This document shows positions 21,087 through 30,223 of a stretch of DNA of 34,545 bases, piece by piece. The notes below the pieces were generated by a model. That model searched no databases. It was not told the origin of the DNA and saw only the letters and a program-made list of their open reading frames with translations. The DNA is taken from positions 1 through 34,545 of IMG/VR virus record IMGVR_UViG_3300045988_033283. The stretch is one strand, 5' to 3'. Positions within the stretch are counted from its first letter, which is position 1, and the number at the start of each line of letters is the position of its first letter. This stretch comes from a virus. The position numbers and the translations under genes are program-made.

Positions 21087-22283
21087 ATGGATAAGACAAA
21101 AGTAACCTACATGGACGTCGATTCGCTGATTCCGTATGCCAACAACCCGCGATTGAACGACAACGCGGTGGATGCAGTAGCGGCGAGCATCAAAGAGTTC
21201 GGTTTCAAGGTTCCCATCGTCGTTGACGGCGAGAACGTCATCATCAACGTGCACACGCGGCTGAAGGCTGCGCACAAGCTGGGGCTGAAGCAGGTTCCCG
21301 TCATCGTCGCTGACGATTTGACGCCAGAGCAGGTGAAGGCGTTCCGCTTGGCAGACAACAAGACTGGCGAGCTTGCCGAGTGGGACTTTGAAAAGCTGGA
21401 CATAGAGCTTGACGGCATAGACGAAATCGACATGGGCGAGTTCGGGTTCGACGATGTTGACTTCGGAAACATTGATGCCGATAGCGACTTGGCTGGGAGC
21501 GACGCAGACGAGGATGTTCCCGAGCCGCCAGCGGAACCCGTGACGAAGCTTGGCGATGTGTACAGGCTCGGCAACCATATCCTGATGTGCGGCGACAGCA
21601 CGAAATCCGATGACGTTCGCAAGCTCATGCAGGCAGGAGATGGGGGGAGCGCTGCGCTCCTTATCACAGACCCGCCTTACAACGTCGACTACACTGGCGA
21701 GAGCGCCAAGGCTATGAAAATCGAGAACGACAGCATGGACACCAGCGCCTTCCATGACTTCCTTCTCGCGGCGTTTGGCAATGCCTACGACGCGATGGCT
21801 GACGGAGCTGCATTCTATGTCTGGTATGCGAGCAAGGAAGTCGTGAACTTCGCAACCGCCGTCGAGGACGCTGGGCTTACCGTCAAGCAGGAGCTGATTT
21901 GGAACAAGAACTCGCTCGTTATGGGTAGGCAGGATTACCAATGGAAGCACGAGCCGTGCCTTTATGGCTGGAAGGAGACTGCACCCCATAACTGGTACGG
22001 GGACAGGAAGCAAACGACTGTCATTGACTGGGATAGGCCGACGAAGGCCGACCTGCATCCGACGATGAAGCCAGTCGGCTTGTTCGACTATCAGATTCGG
22101 AATAGCAGCGCCAAGAACGATATCGTCCTCGACCTGTTCGGCGTCAGCGGTACGACGATTATCGCGTGCGAGCAGAATGGGCGCAGGGCGCGAGTTATGG
22201 AGTATGACCCGAGATATGTCGACGTGATTGTCGGCAGGTGGGAGAAGCTCACCGGCATGGAAGCTGTGAAAGTGGAGGATTGA
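21087..22283 (+). CDS. ParB-like nuclease domain fused to an N6/N4 DNA methyltransferase
   Basis: N-terminal LIPYANNPRLNDN...HTRLKAAHKLG (ParB/Srx-like); C-terminal DPPY motif and LDLFGVSGTT AdoMet-binding motif. Confidence 0.9.
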   Translation: MDKTKVTYMDVDSLIPYANNPRLNDNAVDAVAASIKEFGFKVPIVVDGENVIINVHTRLKAAHKLGLKQVPVIVADDLTPEQVKAFRLADNKTGELAEWDFEKLDIELDGIDEIDMGEFGFDDVDFGNIDADSDLAGSDADEDVPEPPAEPVTKLGDVYRLGNHILMCGDSTKSDDVRKLMQAGDGGSAALLITDPPYNVDYTGESAKAMKIENDSMDTSAFHDFLLAAFGNAYDAMADGAAFYVWYASKEVVNFATAVEDAGLTVKQELIWNKNSLVMGRQDYQWKHEPCLYGWKETAPHNWYGDRKQTTVIDWDRPTKADLHPTMKPVGLFDYQIRNSSAKNDIVLDLFGVSGTTIIACEQNGRRARVMEYDPRYVDVIVGRWEKLTGMEAVKVED

Positions 22284-22287
22284 TAAC

Positions 22288-22662
22288 ATGGCTACTAAGA
22301 TGAACTTACAAGAGCAGGCGGTCGAGATTCTTCGCATCGCCGAAGAGACGGGCGTCCAAACCAACTTCTTCTTCGTGACAACGTTCAAACGATACCAAGT
22401 CCAGCTCAGCAACCTTTCCGAGCTGGAAAAGGCAATCAAGGAGACGGGAACGCTTGTCACGAAGGAGTACGTTAAGGGGCGAGCGAACATCTACGTCAAC
22501 CCAGCGGTCACGGAGTACAACAAGACCACGGACTCGGCCAACCGCACAGTGACCACGCTCATGAAAATCATCAAGGGATTCGCCAAGGAGGACGAGGAAC
22601 GCGATTCTGGGTACGACCCACTCATGGCGATAATCAACGGTGAGGACAATGGCGAGGAATAG
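22288..22662 (+). CDS. terS: Terminase small subunit (P27-family-like)
   Basis: ORF track 124 aa; size and position immediately before terL; call is based mainly on synteny. Confidence 0.65.
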   Translation: MATKMNLQEQAVEILRIAEETGVQTNFFFVTTFKRYQVQLSNLSELEKAIKETGTLVTKEYVKGRANIYVNPAVTEYNKTTDSANRTVTTLMKIIKGFAKEDEERDSGYDPLMAIINGEDNGEE

Positions 22663-24334
22663 GGGCTACGAATACTGCAAGGCCGCGATAGACGCGGACA
22701 CCACGCCCGCGTATGTCAAGAAGCAGATGCGCCTATGGATGGACGTCTGCGAGGGCAAGAGCGACAAGTACGTTGTCAGCGATGCGAAGATTCAACAGGT
22801 CGAATCAATCCTGAAGCTGCTCGTCATGCCGAAGGGCCTGAAGGCGGGGCAGACGCTCTATGAATGCACGACGGGTTACCAATGGCTGCTCTACATCGCC
22901 GTGCTCTGCACCGTCTACCGAGACAATCCCGAGAAGCGACGTTACGAAATCGGGCTGCTTGAAATCGCGCGTAAGAACTTCAAGACGTACACGGTAGCGA
23001 CCATCTTCATCATCCTCATGCTTACCGAGCCGCGATTCGCGGAGTTCTTCTCAGTCGCGCCAGACGGGGCGTTGTCAAAGCAGATTCGCGAAGCAATATC
23101 GCAGACGCTGCGCTCGTCCCCACTGGTCTACGAGTACAAGGGCAACAAGCGATTCAAGATTATCAATCCGTCCATCACGTTCATACCGAAAAGCTCGACG
23201 TACGTTCCCCTGAGCTATTCAACGTCTCGAATGGATGGCCGACTTCCGAGCGCCTTCTGCGCCGACGAGGTAGGGGCGCTGCCGACGAGCTACGCGGTGG
23301 AAGCGATGAAGTCTGGCCAGTTGAACATCTTGAACAAGCTCGGCTTCATCATCAGCACCAAGTACCCGACGATAGACAATCCTTTCGAGGACGAGGTCGC
23401 ATACGCCAAGAAGGTGCTGGACGGCATTGCCGAGGATGATACGCTGTTCGCCTTGCTCTACGAGCCTGACGATACGAAGGACTGGATGACGGACGATTTG
23501 GTCATGCGTCAGTCAAATCCCGTCAGCTTGGAAATTCCCGAAATCTGGGAAGACCTGAAGAAGAAGCGAGCCTACGCAATCGCGGTGGAATCGGCACGCG
23601 AGAACTTCCTAACCAAGCACTGCAACATCATCTATCAGGGTCAGGGCACCGAGACGTTCATCGACGTCGCGGACGTGCAGTCTTGCAAGGTGGCGAACAT
23701 CGACTGGCGCGGGCGCGTGGTGTATCTCGGATTGGACTTGTCTGAGACGAACGACAACACCGCAGTCGCTATGGTGGCGGCAGACGATGACGGCAACATC
23801 CTCGCGGACGTGTTCGCATTCGTTCCTGAAGGCCGAATCACCGAGAAGAACGCCTACGAGAAAATCGACTACAACGAGTTCATCCGTGCCGGAAAGTGCA
23901 TCGCGTGCGGTGACAGGGTTATCGATTACAAGGTGGTCGAGGACTTCATTCTCGGCATCGAGGACAAGTACGGCGTGCAAGTGCAGGCAATCGGCTACGA
24001 CCGATGGAACGCGCTCAGCACCGCGCAGAAGTTGGAGGGCGCGGGATACAACACCGTAGAAATCAGGCAGCATTCGAGCGTGCTCCACCCGCCGACCAAA
24101 CTTCTGAGGGAGAAGATTCTTTGCGGCGAGTTCGAGTACACCGACAACAAGCTGCTCGAAATCAACTTCCAGAACGCACGCTGCTCATACGACACGAATA
24201 AAAACATGTACGTCCATAAGAAGAAGAGCAAAGGCAAGGTCGATATGGTTGTTTCGCTTATCAACGCCGTATACTTGCTTCAGCAGGACGTCGTGTTCAA
24301 TCAAATGCCTGACTTCACGGTTCAGGTTATCTAA
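22649..24334 (+). CDS. terL: Terminase large subunit (HK97/Terminase_1 type)
   Basis: ORF track 564 aa from GTG 22640; the first ATG is at 22649. Recognisable ATPase and nuclease halves, and synteny with the portal. Confidence 0.9.
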   Translation: MARNRGYEYCKAAIDADTTPAYVKKQMRLWMDVCEGKSDKYVVSDAKIQQVESILKLLVMPKGLKAGQTLYECTTGYQWLLYIAVLCTVYRDNPEKRRYEIGLLEIARKNFKTYTVATIFIILMLTEPRFAEFFSVAPDGALSKQIREAISQTLRSSPLVYEYKGNKRFKIINPSITFIPKSSTYVPLSYSTSRMDGRLPSAFCADEVGALPTSYAVEAMKSGQLNILNKLGFIISTKYPTIDNPFEDEVAYAKKVLDGIAEDDTLFALLYEPDDTKDWMTDDLVMRQSNPVSLEIPEIWEDLKKKRAYAIAVESARENFLTKHCNIIYQGQGTETFIDVADVQSCKVANIDWRGRVVYLGLDLSETNDNTAVAMVAADDDGNILADVFAFVPEGRITEKNAYEKIDYNEFIRAGKCIACGDRVIDYKVVEDFILGIEDKYGVQVQAIGYDRWNALSTAQKLEGAGYNTVEIRQHSSVLHPPTKLLREKILCGEFEYTDNKLLEINFQNARCSYDTNKNMYVHKKKSKGKVDMVVSLINAVYLLQQDVVFNQMPDFTVQVI

Positions 24335-24345
24335 GGGGTGGTTAC

Positions 24346-25578
24346 ATGGGATGGTTCAGCGATAGATGGGAGCGCAAGCGCTCCGCCGAGAACGTCATCG
24401 GCAACGACGGCACGGTGAACGACGTGCTCTTGCGTGCGCTGCTCAATGACGAGCCAATCGACCGCGACAAGGCGATGATGCTTCCAGCGGTTTCTGGCGC
24501 GGTTGACTTCATCACGAGCGCCGTGGCCTGTATGCCGGTGCGCCTGTACCGCACCAAGAGTGGCGTTGTCGAAGAGGTGGAAAACGACCCGCGAACGAAG
24601 ATGCTCAACGGGGACACGGGGGACACGCTGGACGGGTTCCAGCTCAAGAAGGCGATGGTCGAGGATTACCTCATGGGGAAGGGCGGCTATTGCTACATCG
24701 AGCGCAGCCGCAACGACGTGACGGGTCTGTACTACGTGAAGTGCGACGCGGTGAGCATCAACATCAACAGCGACCCGATTTACAAGTCGTACGACATCAT
24801 CGTCGGTGACGGGACGTACAAGCCCTTCGAGTTCATCAAGATTCTCCGCAACACGAAGGACGGCGCAAGCGGCGTCGGCCTTACGGTCGAGGTCGCCAAG
24901 GCCCTTGAGACGGGATACCAGACGCTCATGTACCAGCTCGGGCTGGTAAAGGCGGGCGGCAACAAGCGAGGGTTCCTGAAGAGCCAACGCAAGCTGGGAC
25001 AGGAGGAAATCGACGCGCTAAAGAGCGCATGGTCGAACCTTTACGGCAACAGCGAGGAAAACGTCGTGGTACTCAACAACGGCTTGGAGTTCCAAGAGGC
25101 GTCGAGCACTTCCACAGAGATGCAGCTTAACGAGAACAAGCGGACGATGGCCGATGAGATTAACGGCATCTTCCACATCAAGGACAACTTTGAGGAGACG
25201 TGGAAGTTCGCAATCTACCCCATCGTGCGGGCTTTCGAGACGGCGCTAAACCGCGACCTTCTTCTTGAGCGCGAGAAGCGAAATTACTTCTTCGCATTCG
25301 ACAGCCGTGAAATCATCAAGGCGAGCTTCAAGGAGCGTTATGAGACGTACCAGCTTGCAAAAGAATGTGGCATAATGACAATCAACGAAATGCGCCGCAA
25401 CGAGAACATGAACGAGGTTCATGGGCTTGACATCATCGACCTCGGACTCGGCTCCGTTCTCTTCGACACCGCCACGGGAGAGACGTACACCCCGAACACG
25501 GACTCCACGAAGGCGGCTGGCATTTCGGATTCTGGCAGCGCAATTCAGGCGCAAGGGGGTGAAGCAAATGCAGATTAA
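24346..25578 (+). CDS. Portal protein (HK97 family)
   Basis: ORF track 410 aa; position between terL and the prohead protease; conserved N-terminal region LPAVSGAVDFITSAVACMPVRLY. Confidence 0.9.
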   Translation: MGWFSDRWERKRSAENVIGNDGTVNDVLLRALLNDEPIDRDKAMMLPAVSGAVDFITSAVACMPVRLYRTKSGVVEEVENDPRTKMLNGDTGDTLDGFQLKKAMVEDYLMGKGGYCYIERSRNDVTGLYYVKCDAVSININSDPIYKSYDIIVGDGTYKPFEFIKILRNTKDGASGVGLTVEVAKALETGYQTLMYQLGLVKAGGNKRGFLKSQRKLGQEEIDALKSAWSNLYGNSEENVVVLNNGLEFQEASSTSTEMQLNENKRTMADEINGIFHIKDNFEETWKFAIYPIVRAFETALNRDLLLEREKRNYFFAFDSREIIKASFKERYETYQLAKECGIMTINEMRRNENMNEVHGLDIIDLGLGSVLFDTATGETYTPNTDSTKAAGISDSGSAIQAQGGEANAD

Positions 25579-26194
25579 CATCCGTGAGAACAGCGTTGAA
25601 ATCGAGGGCTACGTCAACGCCGTCGAGCGAAACAGCAAGCCGCTGCTTTCGCGCATGGGCAAGTTCATCGAGCGAATCAAGAAGGGCGCGTTCGCGCGTG
25701 CCCTGAAGCGCAACGACGATGTTCACGTCCTGCTCAACCACGACTGGCAGCGCGACCTCGGCAGCACCAAGAAGGGCAACCTCGAGCTGACCGAGGACAA
25801 CATCGGGCTTCGCGCCAAATGCACCATTTCCGACAAGGAAGTCATGGAGATGGCGAAGCGCGGTGATTTGGTGGGCTGGTCTTTCGGTTTCTACGACCGA
25901 GACGTGAAGAACGGCGTCGAGAACGGCATGCTCACCCGCGAGGTGAACGACCTAGACCTCGAAGAGGTTTCCATCCTCGACCGCTCCAAGGTGCCAGCCT
26001 ACGACGGCACGCTCATCATGGCCCGCAGCGAGGATTCCGAGAACGACATGTTTCTGTCGGAATCCTTCGACGGGGATGCCGAACCGCCCGAGACGCGGGA
26101 TGACGGACAGCAGCAGGAACCGCAGCAAGAACCGCAGCAGGAAATCAATTACGACAAGTACAAGGCAATGATTGCCGAGATGAAGGAGGGCTAA
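25568..26194 (+). CDS. Prohead serine protease (HK97/S78 type)
   Basis: ATG 25568 follows gggggtg. IEGYVNAVERNSKP...HVLLNHD...GSTK pattern; acidic/Q-rich tail. Confidence 0.85.
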   Translation: MQINIRENSVEIEGYVNAVERNSKPLLSRMGKFIERIKKGAFARALKRNDDVHVLLNHDWQRDLGSTKKGNLELTEDNIGLRAKCTISDKEVMEMAKRGDLVGWSFGFYDRDVKNGVENGMLTREVNDLDLEEVSILDRSKVPAYDGTLIMARSEDSENDMFLSESFDGDAEPPETRDDGQQQEPQQEPQQEINYDKYKAMIAEMKEG

Positions 26195-26195
26195 C

Positions 26196-27377
26196 ATGCC
26201 GAAGATTTTCCACACCCGCTCCCTGAGCTACAAGAACCTCATGGAGCTGAAGAACGACAAGATTGAGAAGGCCGAGAAGATTCTCGCCGACGCCGAGGTG
26301 AACAAGCGCGAGCTTACCGAGGACGAGGCCGCAGAGCTTGCAGAGATTCGCGACGATGTGAAGCGCATCAAGGAAGCGCTCAAGATTGGCGACGAGCTTG
26401 ACGATTCCAAGGACAAGCAGCCGAAGCAGGAGCCTGCGCCCGCTGGCGGCGAGCCGAAGCCGACTCAGGAGCAGCAGGAGAGCCGCGCCTTCGAGAACTA
26501 CATCCGTGGCCGCATCGTTCACGAGCGTGCCGGTGAGCTGACCAAGACCGACAACGGCTCCGTCATTCCGGCCACCATCGCGCAGCAGATTATCAAGAAG
26601 GTCTACGACGTTTCCCCTGTGCTTCAGCGCTCGCAGAAGTACAACGTCAAGGGCAAGCTCCAGATTCCGTACTACGACACCACCAATGGCGGCATCACCG
26701 TCGCGTATGCCGAGGAGTTCACCCCGCTGACCTCCAGCAACGGCAAGTTCAAGAACATCGAGCTTGACGGCTTCCTCGCTGGCGCCCTGAGCAAGATTTC
26801 CAACTCTCTGATTAACAACTCGCAGTTCGACATCGTGTCGTTCGTTGTCAACAAGATGGGCGAGGACATCGCCAGCTTCATCGAGCATGAGCTTCTTATC
26901 GGAACCAGCGACAAGGTTACTGGCCTTTCCACCCTGACCAACTCCGTGACCACTGCGGCGGGAACCGCAATCACTTCCGACGAGGTCGTGAAGCTCAAGG
27001 ACTCCATCAAGGACGTCTACCAGAACAACGCGATTTGGATTATGTCCCCCGCGACCCGCACGGCGCTCCGACTGCTGAAGGGCAACGACGGCCATTACCT
27101 GCTCAACGATGACATCTCCTCGCCGTTCGACACCGTCCTTCTCGGCAAGCCCGTCTACGTGTCCGACAACATGCCCGACATCGCCGTCAATAAGTCTGTC
27201 ATCTACTACGGCGACATGACTGGACTCGCCACGAAGTTCTCCGAGAACATCACGATGCAGGTACTGCGCGAGAAGTACGCCGACGAGCACGCGACTGGCG
27301 TCATCTCGTGGTTCGAGTTCGACTCCAAGGTGCAGGACGCCCAGAAGCTCGCCAAGTTGGTGATGGCAAGTGCATAA
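26196..27377 (+). CDS. Major capsid protein (HK97 fold) with an N-terminal delta/scaffold-like coiled coil
   Basis: ORF track 393 aa; charged coiled-coil first about 100 aa, then a capsid domain; follows the protease. Confidence 0.9.
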   Translation: MPKIFHTRSLSYKNLMELKNDKIEKAEKILADAEVNKRELTEDEAAELAEIRDDVKRIKEALKIGDELDDSKDKQPKQEPAPAGGEPKPTQEQQESRAFENYIRGRIVHERAGELTKTDNGSVIPATIAQQIIKKVYDVSPVLQRSQKYNVKGKLQIPYYDTTNGGITVAYAEEFTPLTSSNGKFKNIELDGFLAGALSKISNSLINNSQFDIVSFVVNKMGEDIASFIEHELLIGTSDKVTGLSTLTNSVTTAAGTAITSDEVVKLKDSIKDVYQNNAIWIMSPATRTALRLLKGNDGHYLLNDDISSPFDTVLLGKPVYVSDNMPDIAVNKSVIYYGDMTGLATKFSENITMQVLREKYADEHATGVISWFEFDSKVQDAQKLAKLVMASA

Positions 27378-27546
27378 GGCTCTGAAGTCTTTCAGCGGCG
27401 CAATCTCGATGTACGAGGGCGAGACGCGGGAGATTGAGGACGCCGCAATCGTGGCCGACCTGCTGAAGGCGGGCTACATCGAAGAGGTGAAGCCCAAGCG
27501 CGGCAGGAGCGCCAAGAAGTCTGGGGACGCGAATCCCCAAGAGTAG
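27370..27546 (+). CDS. Possible small protein after the capsid gene (58 aa from GTG 27370, or 45 aa from ATG 27409)
   Basis: Open frame ending at TAG 27544-27546; fills an otherwise 179-bp gap; sequence ...GETREIEDAAIVADLLKAGYIEEVKP... Confidence 0.4.
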   Translation: MHKALKSFSGAISMYEGETREIEDAAIVADLLKAGYIEEVKPKRGRSAKKSGDANPQE

Positions 27547-27556
27547 GGGGGATTAG

Positions 27557-27880
27557 ATGAACCAGATTGCGAAAGTCTCGGAGGTCACTTCGACCGACCT
27601 TGCTGAATATCTCAGGGTCGGCGAGGTGACCGCATCAGAGGATGGTTTTCTCAAGACGATAATCGGCGCGGCGACCGCGTACATGTGCAAGTACACTGGC
27701 CTGACTGCGGCTCAGCTCGACGAGAGCGAGGACTTCGTTGTCGCGCTGTTCGTGCTCGCCCAAGACATGTACGACAACCGCGCCCTGTACGTCGATTCGT
27801 CCAACGTCAACTTGGCGGTGCAGAGCATCCTCGACATGCACTCGGTCAACCTTCTGCCTTCGGCGGTGCGAGATGATTAA
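27557..27880 (+). CDS. Head-tail connector protein (gp6-like)
   Basis: ORF track 107 aa; DLAEYLRV...FLKTIIGAATAYMCKYTG pattern and position. Confidence 0.8.
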   Translation: MNQIAKVSEVTSTDLAEYLRVGEVTASEDGFLKTIIGAATAYMCKYTGLTAAQLDESEDFVVALFVLAQDMYDNRALYVDSSNVNLAVQSILDMHSVNLLPSAVRDD

Positions 27881-28202
27881 CGCCGGTAAGTACAGTCACC
27901 GCATCCAAATCGTCAGGCCGAAGGTATCGCACGATACGGAGGGCTTCCCGACCACGGTTGACGAACCCGTTCTCGAAGCCTACGCGAGCGTGAGAACGAC
28001 GAGCGGTTACACGCTCATCAAGAGCGGGACGAGCTTCGAGGCGGCAACGACGAACTTCACGATTCGCTACCCGCTCAAAACGAAAATCGACCGTGATATG
28101 GTCGTCCTGTTCGACGGAAGGCGCTACGAGATTCAGTATCTGAACAACGTGAACTACGCGAACGTCGAGTTGGAGATTCAGGCGAAGGAGGTGACGCACT
28201 GA
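27873..28202 (+). CDS. Head closure / head-tail adaptor protein (SPP1 gp16-like)
   Basis: ATG 27873 overlaps the previous gene. KYSHRIQIVRP...RYEIQYLNNV pattern. Confidence 0.8.
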   Translation: MINAGKYSHRIQIVRPKVSHDTEGFPTTVDEPVLEAYASVRTTSGYTLIKSGTSFEAATTNFTIRYPLKTKIDRDMVVLFDGRRYEIQYLNNVNYANVELEIQAKEVTH

Positions 28203-28621
28203 TGGCAGCATTCGACGAACAGCTCCCGACCGAGCTTATGGAGCAGTTCGAGCTCCTTGATAAGAACACCGACACGATGCTCAAGGAGATGACGCGCGAG
28301 GGGGCGAAGAAGGTCTTGGCGAACGTCAAGGCCAACGTCCCGTCGAGCTTCATGAAGTCGGGCATCATGAAGTGCCTGAAGCTGACCCGCTCGTACAAGA
28401 CGCCTTCCGATGACGGCGTTGCCACCAAGGTCGCGTTCTACGGGTACTTCAAAAACGAGGACGGTACGAAAACGCCCGCGCCCTTGGTCTGCAACCTTTT
28501 TGAGTACGGGCGCAGCACCTCGCCGTATCCGAAGCACCCGTTCATGCGCCGAAGTTTCGTTAGCAGCGAAATCGAATCGGCGATGAAAAAGGTGCAGGAC
28601 AAGTACCTGCCGAAGGGGTGA
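28202..28621 (+). CDS. HK97 gp10-like tail component
   Basis: ORF track 139 aa; LFEYGRSTSPYPKHPFMRRSF motif; position. Confidence 0.8.
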   Translation: MAAFDEQLPTELMEQFELLDKNTDTMLKEMTREGAKKVLANVKANVPSSFMKSGIMKCLKLTRSYKTPSDDGVATKVAFYGYFKNEDGTKTPAPLVCNLFEYGRSTSPYPKHPFMRRSFVSSEIESAMKKVQDKYLPKG

Positions 28622-28625
28622 GCCG

Positions 28626-28973
28626 ATGAACGATGAAATCGTCAAGCTGTTCGACGGCTTCACCGTCAACGGCAAAGAGGTTCCCGTGCGATTCATGGCC
28701 TACGAGGGGCACGGCGAGCCTTACGTCATCTTCAGCCGCGAGTACGATGATAGCTCGTATTCCGGCGATGATTCGTTGCTGGGGTACGTGACATACTACG
28801 ACTTCGACGTGTACAGCAAGGGCAACCACACTGCACTCGTAGAAGCAGTCAAGAAGGCTCTTGAAGATGCGGGATGGACTTGGCAATTGTCCCGCTCTTC
28901 GGGGGACATGTACGAGAGCGACACTGGGTATTTCCACGTGACGCTAAGTTTCGCAAAGGAAAGAGGGATTTAG
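28626..28973 (+). CDS. Tail completion / terminator-like protein
   Basis: ORF track 115 aa; call rests on its position directly before the major tail gene. Confidence 0.65.
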   Translation: MNDEIVKLFDGFTVNGKEVPVRFMAYEGHGEPYVIFSREYDDSSYSGDDSLLGYVTYYDFDVYSKGNHTALVEAVKKALEDAGWTWQLSRSSGDMYESDTGYFHVTLSFAKERGI

Positions 28974-29543
28974 ATGGCAAAAATCGGCCTTACTAACATC
29001 TGGTGGGGTAAGCTCACCGAAGCCGAGGACGGAGCACCTACTTATGATGGCGCGAAGTCTTTCGGCAAGGCGGTGTCCTGCAAGGTCTCCGTGACCAACA
29101 ACGACGCGACGCTCTACGCAGAGGACGCTCTTGCCGAATCCGACAAGAGCTTCAACAGCGCGAGCGTGACGCTCGGCGTTGCCGACGATGACGATACGAT
29201 TTTCGCGCCCATCCTCGGTCACACCGTAGCGAGCGCATCGGAAGGCAAGGGCGAGATGGTGCGCAATGCCAACGACGTCGCACCCTACGTTGGCATGGGC
29301 CGCGTCATCACCAAGATGGTCAACGGCGCGCTGAAGTACAAGGGCGAGTTCCTGTACAAGGTCAAGTTCAGCGAGCCGTCGCAGGAAGACCAGACGAAGG
29401 GCGAGAAGGTCGACTTCAAGACGCCCGAAATCGAGGGGTCTGCGGCGAGCCTTGCGAACGGCAACTGGTCTGCGTCGCAGACGTTCGACACCAAGGATGC
29501 AGCCGTTTCTTGGGTCAAGGACAAGCTCAAGGCAACGGAATAA
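28974..29543 (+). CDS. Major tail protein (phi13-family-like)
   Basis: ORF track 189 aa; MAKIGLTNIWWGKLTEAEDGAPTYDGAKSFGKAVS...ATLYAED pattern; position. Confidence 0.85.
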   Translation: MAKIGLTNIWWGKLTEAEDGAPTYDGAKSFGKAVSCKVSVTNNDATLYAEDALAESDKSFNSASVTLGVADDDDTIFAPILGHTVASASEGKGEMVRNANDVAPYVGMGRVITKMVNGALKYKGEFLYKVKFSEPSQEDQTKGEKVDFKTPEIEGSAASLANGNWSASQTFDTKDAAVSWVKDKLKATE

Positions 29544-29564
29544 TAGCTGGAACATATGTGCGAT

Positions 29565-29599
29565 AATGGGTCATGGCAATCGCCGTGGCCCATTGTTTT
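29565..29599 (+). terminator. Hairpin plus U tract after the major tail gene (likely a partial terminator)
   Basis: aatgggtcatggc-aatc-gccgtggcccatt (13-bp stem, two G-U), then gtttta. Confidence 0.55.
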
Positions 29600-29615
29600 A
29601 AGGAGGAAGGACGAC

Positions 29616-29963
29616 ATGAAAAGCAAGTTGCAGGAAATCGAGTACAACGGCAAGACGTACAAGCTCGCCTTCGACCTCAACGTCATGGAGGCAATTCAGG
29701 ACGAGTACGGCAGCATCGAGGCGTGGGGCAAGCTCGTGGAGCCCGAAGAGGGCGAGCCTAACATCAAGGCGCTCGTTTTCGGAGCCACGCAGATGATTAA
29801 CGATGGCATCGAAATCGCCAACGACGAGGACGGCACCGACGAGAAGCCGCTCACGCATCGCAAGGTGGCCCGCATCCTGACGGCTGTCGGCCTTGAATCA
29901 GTGACGAGCAAGGTGCAGCAGACGGTGGTCGATTCCGCAGCAGATGATTCAAAAAACGCATAG
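29616..29963 (+). CDS. Tail assembly chaperone (gpG-like)
   Basis: ATG 29616 follows aaggaggaagg; acidic protein located between the major tail protein and the tape measure. Confidence 0.8.
   Translation: MKSKLQEIEYNGKTYKLAFDLNVMEAIQDEYGSIEAWGKLVEPEEGEPNIKALVFGATQMINDGIEIANDEDGTDEKPLTHRKVARILTAVGLESVTSKVQQTVVDSAADDSKNA
29951..29957 (+). promoter_or_regulatory. -1 programmed frameshift slippery heptamer A AAA AAC
   Basis: In the zero frame it reads tcA AAA AAC gca TAG. The -1 frame is open from 29948 through 30208. Confidence 0.7.
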
Positions 29964-29977
29964 TCCACGACGAAGAC

Positions 29978-30208
29978 GTGATTTTCGATTATGACCCGAC
30001 TATTGACTTCGCGTGGTACTACTTCATCGGGCGGACGCGCTTGGGGCTTTCGTCCGACAGGGAAGTCGGGAGATTGACGCTCAGACGGTTTCGGGCGCTT
30101 TACCAAGCGTACAAGGACACGTTCGACATCGAGACGCAGTTGCGGGCGAACGGCACGACATACGCAAAGCTCGAAGCGCAGTCAATGAGCGACGAGGAAT
30201 GGTTTTAA
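29978..30208 (+). CDS. gpT-like extension of the tail assembly chaperone, probably made only as a G-T fusion by -1 frameshifting (29616..29957 joined to 29957..30208)
   Basis: The ORF has no ATG or RBS of its own (GTG 29978) and is in the -1 frame relative to the gpG-like gene. Confidence 0.7.
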   Translation: MIFDYDPTIDFAWYYFIGRTRLGLSSDREVGRLTLRRFRALYQAYKDTFDIETQLRANGTTYAKLEAQSMSDEEWF

Positions 30209-30223
30209 ACAGGGGGTGATTCT

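Noticed and set aside
20837-21094. 85-aa ORF covering the HNH-to-ParB spacer
   Set aside because: It starts at a non-ATG codon without an RBS. The translation is low-complexity. The region is better explained by its DNA repeats and hairpins.
21057-22490. 477-aa - strand ORF, antisense to the ParB-methyltransferase gene
   Set aside because: Same reasoning: a shadow ORF opposite a gene with clear catalytic motifs, and no recognisable domains.
26145-27290. 381-aa ORF on the - strand, antisense to the major capsid gene
   Set aside because: Low-complexity Leu/Val/Gly/Arg-rich translation with no RBS. It lies entirely inside a confidently identified + strand gene. This is a typical GC-driven shadow ORF.
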